DNA of 64,000 nucleotides from Mesotaenium endlicherianum (Eukaryota), in assembly GCA_009602735.1 (NCBI GenBank), contig WELA01003365.1:1-64000 (forward strand), written 5' to 3'. The first letter of the stretch is position 1. Every line of letters begins with the position of its first letter. This document shows, piece by piece, positions 51,128 to 59,255 of the stretch. Below the pieces are notes generated by a model. It saw nothing but the letters and a program-made list of their open reading frames with translations. It was not told the DNA's origin and searched no databases. The translations under genes were made by a program, and so were the position numbers.

Positions 51128-52180
51128 TCAGAAGGGTGGGACAACGCCCTTGGCTAAGATGATGCCATTGATAGCAGCTAAGTTCTGGTTGACCAGGTCC
51201 GTGGGCAGCTTGAAGAACTCGTATGTGGTGGCAAGCGTCTGCCCCCTGATAGACATCAGGTACCTGAGGAAGGAGACAAGGACGCCACCTGTCTTTCCGA
51301 AGCCACTGGCATTCTTCCTCGCCAGAATGTAGGCAAAGCTAGAGATCGGCCATGTCTTCTCTCCCCTCTTGTTGAGCAAGGTCACTCCAGACCAAGGCGC
51401 AGTGGAGCTAGGGAGAGGCCTGGGAATGGCGCCATAGGGGTCAGCTTGCGTATGAATCAAGTAGTTCCCCCCGGCATTTCGGATCGCAGTTTCGGAAAGA
51501 CCCAGAAATTTTCCCACACTTGAGCCTACGTAACCAATGGAGAAAGGGGTGGACTTCATAGCAGCTGCTACGCCTGTACTGCCCTCAGCTGATATGAAAG
51601 TTTTCGGGAACGTTACGATTGGCGCACTACCCAACCGCCACACGGTTGGGCCAGCTGCTTGTTGTAACCACCTTGTGAAGAGCTGCGTGGTCCCAGAAGA
51701 GTCCCTGCGTCTCACTACATGAATTGCCTGCTGAGCTCCCACACTTAGAGACGGATTGAGGGCTTTGATATCCGGATGGTTCCACTTTGTTATCTGGCCC
51801 TGAAAGATTTTAGCAATTACAACGGGACTCAATCTCAGTTGACTGTTGCCAGGAATATATGTGAAGACAGAGATTGTTTGCACTACGAAGGGCAGGGTAA
51901 TCTTAACCTTTCCTTTGAGCTTACTCTCCTCCGCAGCAGACAAAGGCACGTCTGTCTCTATAAACTGCACCCGGTTAAGAATGAACTGCTCCCTACCTTT
52001 ACCTGAACCAAGTGCATTGTACTTTATGGCCACCTTATATCTTCCGTTCAAGTTCTTGGTGAAGATGCCCATTATCTGCTGAACGGTCGTGCCTCCAGAC
52101 CCGACGAGTGGCACTGGGGCACATTGTCCTAGCGTACTAAAAGCAAGAAAAATAAGAGCTAAGACAAACATTTGAGCCAT
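51128..52180 (-). CDS. Secreted PstS-like phosphate-binding protein, copy 2 (350 aa, uninterrupted CDS)
   Basis: Same motifs as copy 1 (VVRRRDSSGTT). I count about 41 amino-acid differences out of 350 (about 88% identity) and no indels. Confidence 0.9.
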   Translation of the reverse strand: MAQMFVLALIFLAFSTLGQCAPVPLVGSGGTTVQQIMGIFTKNLNGRYKVAIKYNALGSGKGREQFILNRVQFIETDVPLSAAEESKLKGKVKITLPFVVQTISVFTYIPGNSQLRLSPVVIAKIFQGQITKWNHPDIKALNPSLSVGAQQAIHVVRRRDSSGTTQLFTRWLQQAAGPTVWRLGSAPIVTFPKTFISAEGSTGVAAAMKSTPFSIGYVGSSVGKFLGLSETAIRNAGGNYLIHTQADPYGAIPRPLPSSTAPWSGVTLLNKRGEKTWPISSFAYILARKNASGFGKTGGVLVSFLRYLMSIRGQTLATTYEFFKLPTDLVNQNLAAINGIILAKGVVPPF

Positions 52181-52983
52181 GTGCCTCCTATCCCGAAGGA
52201 GCTTGGACGATGTTTCAGACTCGAGGTCTTAACCAGCAGTTCTGAGTTGTCGCTGTTATTTTGCTGCTCTTCAAAGCAAAAGCACTCGAGTTACTGATAA
52301 GCGAATATATCTTCTTTTTACTTCATCACTTTCGACTCGGAACTAGAGAAGCCAAAGCATTTGACCGACATTAGCAACTGATAGCAATCAGCAATGTACG
52401 GGCTTTCCACCTCAAAAGCTTGACGGTGGCCGGGAGTAGTGATGGGTTGAAATATTTGCTTTAATATGAAATGGAAATTAAGGGGAAACTTCTGCAAAGA
52501 ATGTTGGGAAAATATGACGATATAAGAGAAGATTACTTATAGAATATGTACAAGAGCAACCTTGAGCGAAGCTTTACCCCTTCGAAACGATGAAAATATG
52601 GTCATTACCCGTACCACTACAATACAAACATCATGCACGGGTGTGCCGGTCAGATGTCGGTGACGAAGAATAACTGCGTTGAGCTCCTTTTCGAAGCAAG
52701 TCGCGTGAAGTATTTGGGGTACCACGAGGGGGGGGGGAACATAGATTCGACTGGATAAGCTCGGAAGTTTTATTTGTTTAAGTCGGAGTCTTCGGTTGGG
52801 TAACTTGACCTGTGTACATTAGCCTATATAAACCATCTATTGCAATCCAGTCCCATCCACACTAGTAACTACAAAGCACATCGGATTTTCTCTCTGACCG
52901 CGTGAGGTGGCATTTATGTCCCGTCTGAGATCAGAAATCCTTGTCGGTTCAGCCAATGACAGCTGCTTAAAATTGGTGCAGAC

Positions 52984-53001
52984 GAATATGGACGAATATG
53001 C
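52984..53001. promoter_or_regulatory. Candidate P1BS (GNATATNC) element upstream of PstS copy 2
   Basis: GAATATGC at 52994-53001, preceded by the near-match GAATATGG at 52984-52991 (10-bp tandem repeat GACGAATATG x2). The motif is short and also arises by chance. Confidence 0.35.
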
Positions 53002-54464
53002 TTCCAATGCTGACTTACCATCAGTTGTTACCGCTGTAAGTGCAGGTACATATGGGTAAATGCTTATTGGTCCCTAGCGAGCGTTTGCACGTCGCACGAG
53101 GGTCGTATCATAATCGCGTCTCGTCGACTGAAAACAGTGGGAAACAGGCGCTTTCATGGCCCGTCACTGGCACCGCAAACGCAACCCATGCTCCCAAACT
53201 GCTCCCAAACTTGACCCGAAGATTTGCACAAAAGTAAACTCTAAATTTTATCGGCCTCTCAAGCGGCCTCAAATCGCTTGAGAACCGCTTCTTGAGAAGC
53301 GAATTTCTAGAGTGCCTTTTGAACACTTCATTTCTCAAGCGCGTCGTTTCCGAACGCCTCGGCCACTTGACGTCGCGGTCGTCCGGATGTTTCTCGAACG
53401 CCGTTCTCGCCGTTTGTGTCCGACACGTCTCACGAGTAGCGACCTCGATTGGATCTCAAACGCTGCTACCACGACCGCTCACTCGTGTACGGCGTTCTCG
53501 GCGACTATTCCGATTACACCAAGCATGCGAGGGACTCGTGATTTGGAAGCACTCTACATTTCCAAGTTAAAGCGCCACGATCTACATTCAAGTTTCAGCC
53601 ACTACGGCACGAATCGCGTCCGCATTTTCCGAACTGATTCACGTTAAACGCTGTCGACATAGTGCACACGCTGCATCCTAGAATTCACGTCGCCCCACAA
53701 TTTCGCGAATTGAAATCGAGGCGTACGACCTTGAACCGTAACCCCGGTCACATGGCTTGACTTCTCTCCGCTGCGAGATCCTTGACCACTATTCTTGCTA
53801 GGTCATCCTGAGGCATTTCACATATGAAAATGGAAAACACAGCATGATCTCCCTATTTGGTCAACTATCATGCCCTTTGGTCTGACGCATTTCGGAGTTT
53901 AGACAACAGTTTTGGCATCCTGTCCCTCCAATTTGATACAATATAAATAACTTCAACCTTGACAAGATGTCGAATCATACGAATTTGATAATATGCACTA
54001 ATTGAATATGTTCTCATGTACTTCCATTTTATTTCCTTCAATAATAATTTAGGATACATGGCTTTCATTAATAATGGACAGGACTGCCCACAATGTATGG
54101 CCCTCTCTTCATAACTACAAAACACTTGCTATCGTTTCAAATTTACACTCCTTACAATTACATTAGGATGTACTCTATGTCTTCCCCCACATCTCCCACT
54201 AACTTTTCAAGTATGCTGATTGCAGGCATGTCATTCTTGTCCAAGCTTCAGCCCATTGTGTACTGTACAGCCATGCCTTGCTCTATTGGTTGCCTACTTC
54301 TGCTGCTGTTGTAAGTGGAAATGCTCATTGTCATGTGGTAGTTGACATTTTGCACCGAGCGCCTGCAACGTTTCACGCGCTGAAAATGTATTAGCCTCTA
54401 TCAGGATGCTGCAAATTCTCTAACATTAGCTCACACCTTTCGAAGCTCACATGCATGAACATAG

Positions 54465-56478
54465 TTACCTCTTCAGTCTTCCTGCTCTTCGTGATCTTTA
54501 TTCCCTTCAGTCGCATTACTTTGCGACCCAACCTCCAGCCTCTCCTTGTCACCCCATAAAGCTGTGGTCTTCTCCTTGCTTTTCTGGCGGAAGTAGGTGG
54601 TGAAAGGTAGCTTGCTCTCTTTTTGCTCCCTCTTCTCCTATCTGCCGCACATTCATTATGCACACTCACATTGAATAAGCACAATGCTAATAACAGTCTT
54701 ACCTTGTGCCTGCTTAGCCCTGCTCCTTCACACACTGCACAATTGCATTTACAAATGATAAGCCTCCTAGAGTACTCATTCTGCCACTTGTTTCTGTACA
54801 TGATATGCCAGGAACTTACTCACCTAATTGTGATCCATCCTTCCTCATTTGAGTTGTCCTTTGACCGTCGTAGTCTTCAACGAGTGTCTGCTTGTCAACA
54901 CAGGATTGTCAGTGTGTTGCACATGTGCGTCATCCACCCTCACGATTACAAAGTACTACTTTTCACAAGTACAACAGTTGCTTTCATATAATACAATGTT
55001 ATGAATACCAGGCAAATAACACATACCTGCTTTTCCTTGTACCCTGTTTTCACAATCTGGACTGCTTCAGTCAACAAACTCTTCTTGTCCTCTGCGTCCA
55101 TCCTATGAGGGAAATCCACGTTCCAAGGGTGGTGCTCCTCCAAGACGTGCGTGGCAATTTTCTTTGCTTATAGATCCTTGAAGTTGCCATCATCTTCCCA
55201 CATGTGCATGTATAATGGTCTCGGTTCCTTCCTCATCTGTGATGTCGTTAGTCTGTCCTCCTTCACGTACTTATTGAAGTCTCCCAGGCTTCTTGTCCAA
55301 GACTTCAGCAACCACTGCAACAGAAAAAAAGGCACAAGTTGTTATGTGCCCAAAAGTTGTTTGTGCCGACTGTGGTTTGCATGAAACATATGCTACACAC
55401 CCAACACAACTTCGCAAAATTTAACAGACACAAACTTACATTTTGAATCGCCTTTATGTATGTGTCGTTGTCGTCTTTTGATGCCCTTAACTCGCCAATC
55501 TTTTTCATGATGGCAAAAAGGCTGGTGTCGCAATTTGCCATCAATGGAGAGTCAGCCATTGCCAATCCTTTCAAAACCTGTGCAATCTGATAGGTCACTA
55601 CTGCCCCGTTCACTTGAAAGCCTCTAGTGACACAAGCTGAGCGCTTGCTCTCCCACACCTCCCTAGCAATCTCCATCTGCAACCGGCAGAGAACCCGTGT
55701 CCAACAAATCATGAGGGGTAGTCTTCCTTGAACCTGTCTTCACCAGTGTTCCCACCTGTAACTAAAGTATATCAATATCCACTTAATTTTGGGACATTTG
55801 TGTTCTGACTGCTGTTCCAATGCACGGGGCCTCCGTACCTGATTATTATATCTTCATTATTCAACACAATTTGTAAACTCTCGTATTCATTCTAACCTTT
55901 TTGGAAGTGGGGATCTCAACACGCGCTCAAATCTCAACATACCCAAGCTCGTTTCTGCCACGACCCTCACCTCTCCACATTCGTGTGTACACCAGCCATT
56001 GTCATTGATGCATCACCTGACATTAACTTTGAGTGCGCACAATGCATGATGATGTCTTCTTTTCCACTCAAGTGCAATGTAAAATGTTAACTTTACCTCC
56101 GATGGCTCTTCTTCCTCCTCCTCCTCCTCCTCTTTCGCTTTGCCAAGTGCCTTAACTCCTGATGCAGAAGACACTGCCATTTGAACATTCTTCAGGCCTG
56201 CGACTGCCCGCCCGAGGTCCTCGCCAGCTTTAATTATGTTCTCAGCAACATCTTCTATCTTACTCTGGTAAATTTATTGATGCCTCAGATCTTCGTTCAG
56301 CTCTGTTATTCTGTTTTGCAACACCTCACCTTCCCCTCTTGAAATTTGCATTTTTGCACTTGCGGGTCCTCCCATTCTCTCCAATACTTTTTGACATGTT
56401 GATCCAACGTCTGTGATGAGCTCATTCTGATCGAGATAGAGCATTCTGTACGACTTTTGATCCATGAAATCCAGCACC
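54465..56478 (-). pseudogene. Decayed multi-exon gene of unknown family, interrupted by the LTR element; possibly transposon-borne
   Basis: Exon-like blocks ~56097-56478, 55440-55677, 55027-55314 and ~54470-54640 end in GTAAAG/GTAAG/GTATG/GTAAC donors. In-frame TAA codons at ~56274 and ~55168 have open reading continuing past them. Confidence 0.5.
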
Positions 56479-57199
56479 TGTAAAATGAATCGACTTACCA
56501 AATAGGCGACTAACAATTAATAAAGATCTTTATATCAGCAAGTAATCTTTATGGTATTTCCGTTAACTAGTTAAACGGCAAAGGACAATACACTAGCAGG
56601 GAATAATACTCGTAAGTCAAAGCGAGTAAACTAGCATCAATGATGCAAATCAGTAAACTCATACATAAGCAAGGTTAGAAGACAGTGCGTATCAATGGCT
56701 TCTCGCCTTGGATTCAGAGTTCTCTCCGTAAGCTGTACAAGAGAGTTGGCCTCGTTTCCGAATGCCGAACTCGAGAGCAATGCCTAGCATATGTACATGG
56801 AATGAGTTTACTGTTCAACGGTCAGTGCGATGGCACCGCCTACCCGGGAGTTAACCACGTTGGTAGGACCTCGGTTAACCAAATCCACCGCCATCTCCCA
56901 TCATCCCGAATAGCCATCCATCATAGGGATGTCATCTGGCTATTCATCTAGCATATCGCACTTAGATGCATATCAAGGCAGTTCGCTGCTACCGAGTACG
57001 GAAGTCAGCTTGCTGTCAAAGAATGTGTCAGCAAGCTGACTTATATGGACTTTCAGCCTGCTGCTTTCGACTGAGTCATCAAACTGATAATTATGTAAAG
57101 TCCAGCAGACTGACTATTAACTAAAGTTCAGCAGGCTGAACTTAATTAACTATTATATTTAAATGAATATTATATCCACTAATATACTGATTCATTACA
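56479..57199 (-). repeat. 3' LTR (about 721 bp)
   Basis: On the minus strand it starts TGTAATGAATC just after the PPT and ends GATTCATTTTACA, giving TG..CA ends with an inverted terminal repeat. Predicted TSD is GCACC (56474-56478); the partner LTR is not in the window. Confidence 0.8.
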
Positions 57200-57200
57200 A

Positions 57201-57214
57201 TCCCTCCAACTTAA
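57201..57214 (-). other. Polypurine tract adjoining the 3' LTR
   Basis: TTAAGTTGGAGGGA on the minus strand, 1 nt before the LTR TG. Confidence 0.8.
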
Positions 57215-57312
57215 CTTGTTGTCGCCTCGACAACATTAAACTGCAGAAATTTTAAATAAGGGAACTGAACCTGACCAGCCTCCCTTACTGACTGCCTCTT
57301 CAGCGTGTCACC

Positions 57313-57999
57313 TTAAGGGGTTGTTCCTGGGGCTTCAGGGTCAGGAGACGGAGATCTGGACCTAGATCTGGACAGCCCTCTAGGTCTGTCAGCTGGCCTT
57401 CTAAAGAACCCTGTTTGCTCTAAAGTTGGCCCTCGAGGAGAACGGAGGATGGTGGCCTGCTCTTCAACCACTTGGGTGTTGATTCCCACATAGACAGGCA
57501 TTCCAGTAGGATGCTGAAATACATTGGCTAGAGGTACATGCCCCTGAGCGGAGGGGGAGGCTGGCATACCTCTGGCCCACCCGCGTGTCCCTCTTCTGGC
57601 ACCCCTGTCCTCTGGGGATTTCTGTCTGTGTCTGCTGCCCAGTACCGTCAGATCAGCTTCTTCCCCTGCTTGGGCAGGTGGGCTGGGGGAGCGAGCGCGG
57701 GGTCCAGTTGTCGCCATAACGGGGATCACATTCCACACACCTGATCGTGGTTCTTTAGGAAGTGCCACTGCCTCTCGCTGGGTATCCTGAGTACCTGCTG
57801 CTGATGCTTCTCCTCTGCCTTGTTCTCCTTCCTCATCCTCCTCATCCTCCTCCTCGGAGAGAGTAGGGGTCTCGTCCACTAAGTCGTCCTGCTCCCTAGT
57901 AGACATGGAGTAGTCTACTGACCTCCCTTTCTTAGGGCGTGCTGGAGGTTGCTTGGCCTTCAGCCTACTGATATCTATCCGGCCTGCATTCTTGCCCAT
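57313..57999 (-). CDS. Retrotransposon extra ORF-B (228 aa; low-complexity, acidic tract and RS-rich end); may be the frameshifted C-terminus of ORF-A
   Basis: Long ORF between pol and the LTR, overlapping ORF-A by 25 nt. No family recognised. Confidence 0.55.
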   Translation of the reverse strand: MGKNAGRIDISRLKAKQPPARPKKGRSVDYSMSTREQDDLVDETPTLSEEEDEEDEEGEQGRGEASAAGTQDTQREAVALPKEPRSGVWNVIPVMATTGPRARSPSPPAQAGEEADLTVLGSRHRQKSPEDRGARRGTRGWARGMPASPSAQGHVPLANVFQHPTGMPVYVGINTQVVEEQATILRSPRGPTLEQTGFFRRPADRPRGLSRSRSRSPSPDPEAPGTTP

Positions 58000-58988
58000 T
58001 TGACAAAGGCATGCTTTCCCTTAGTAAAGTACTCTCTTCCCCTCCTCCTATGTTCCTTGGTCTCTGCATTCATATTGCTCAGGCATCCATTCAGCCTGGG
58101 GTCCCAAGGGGCAATGTGAGGTGGTAGGATGAGATAGCCGTCTAGGCCATAGTGGAAGTCATCCGGTTGGGCTCGGTCACACTCCTGCTTCTTATTTGTG
58201 ACGGTCATCCACCTCCAAACTGTTGGCTGCTGGTAGTATTGGGATCCGTGCTCAGCCTTCCTCAGTTTACACGGGAACCAGTGGGGAGAGAACATCTGCT
58301 GTCCTGCTTCCCTGGCCAAGTACTCCCAGCTCCTTCTCTCAACTTCATTGTAAGCTGGCAGGAGTGTGAGGTAGAATACGGTATCCTTAAAGCTATCGGG
58401 CCGCATGCTCACCATCCGGATGAGTCTCTGATCTCCCACTATTCCCGGTATGCGGACCGGCTTGTCCTCTGAATCATCTGCGAGATACCGAGCCCGCTCT
58501 GCTGTATAGCGCACCATCTTAGCATAATCTTCGTAAAGGACCACGCCGGTGTGTGTCTCGATGTACCTGTCCAGTGCTGTAGCTCCTTCCTTCTGTAGCA
58601 GTGTTGTCTGTTCCAGCCTGTTGATCTCCTGGGCTGCCAGCAATGCTTCCTTCAGGTTATCGAAGTTTTGGCCACCCACCACAGTACACCTGTAAGTGGC
58701 CAAACTCTTCTGTCTGCCCGCTTCAATCTTTCTTCTTTTCTCCTCTTCTGCCGCTGCCGCTTCTTCTTGCTGTTTCTTCTGTCTCTCCTCCTCAGCCTTC
58801 CTGAGGTTTTCCGCTTCCTGATCCTTCTTCCTCTGTGCCTCTTCTGCCGCCTCTTGTTGTTTGCGGACCCTTTCTTGTTCTCTCCTGGTGAGGGACGTCG
58901 CCGCCAGCTCCTTCTGGTATTGCTCCATTGTCCTCCTGGCTTCTTCTGCCTTGCGCTTTCTGTCCTCCTTTTGTGTGGTGGGCGCCAT
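57975..58988 (-). CDS. Retrotransposon extra ORF-A (about 337 aa; N-terminal K/E/Q coiled coil plus an unknown globular region)
   Basis: About 1 kb stop-free. The ATG at 58988 follows a TACTAAC branch point (59013-59019) and a TGCAG acceptor. Confidence 0.7.
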   Translation of the reverse strand: MAPTTQKEDRKRKAEEARRTMEQYQKELAATSLTRREQERVRKQQEAAEEAQRKKDQEAENLRKAEEERQKKQQEEAAAAEEEKRRKIEAGRQKSLATYRCTVVGGQNFDNLKEALLAAQEINRLEQTTLLQKEGATALDRYIETHTGVVLYEDYAKMVRYTAERARYLADDSEDKPVRIPGIVGDQRLIRMVSMRPDSFKDTVFYLTLLPAYNEVERRSWEYLAREAGQQMFSPHWFPCKLRKAEHGSQYYQQPTVWRWMTVTNKKQECDRAQPDDFHYGLDGYLILPPHIAPWDPRLNGCLSNMNAETKEHRRRGREYFTKGKHAFVKWARMQAG

Positions 58989-59255
58989 CCTGCACATGTA
59001 ACCAGGGCACAAGTTAGTAGGATATGGACCTTTGTCATAGGGATTGCAGGAAGTATGTTAGTATTTAGTATAGTGGCTTCGCTGCTGTTTACCTTACAGG
59101 ATGATTGCTAAAAGTTGACGTAGTTGCGATGCGCTACACATAAACGTATGAGTGTGTTTTTATCGCTCTCGCTCACTAACTGTCATATATTTTCCCCTCC
59201 AACTTAAATGGAGACAGGACCGCCTGTCACCTTCCCGTGTCAACTGAAATGACAG

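Larger units (their letters stand above)
40850..52975. repeat. Tandem segmental duplication: unit A ~40850-47492, unit B ~47493-52975 (FAHD1 intron 1 through the PstS upstream region)
   Basis: Collinear homology across introns, exons, 3' flanks and the PstS genes. The junction is at ..agctgctataca|ttgttgg.. with short TTG microhomology. Confidence 0.92.

Noticed and set aside
45644..52180. PstS genes as bacterial contamination
   Set aside because: No operon partners, and the genes are co-duplicated with spliceosomal-intron FAHD1 sequence with continuous homology through the flanks.
56274..56516. TTTTACAG|GTG at 56479 as a splice acceptor, and the 80-aa ORF crossing it
   Set aside because: It coincides with the LTR's terminal inverted repeat (..TTTTACA), so it is better read as the insertion junction.
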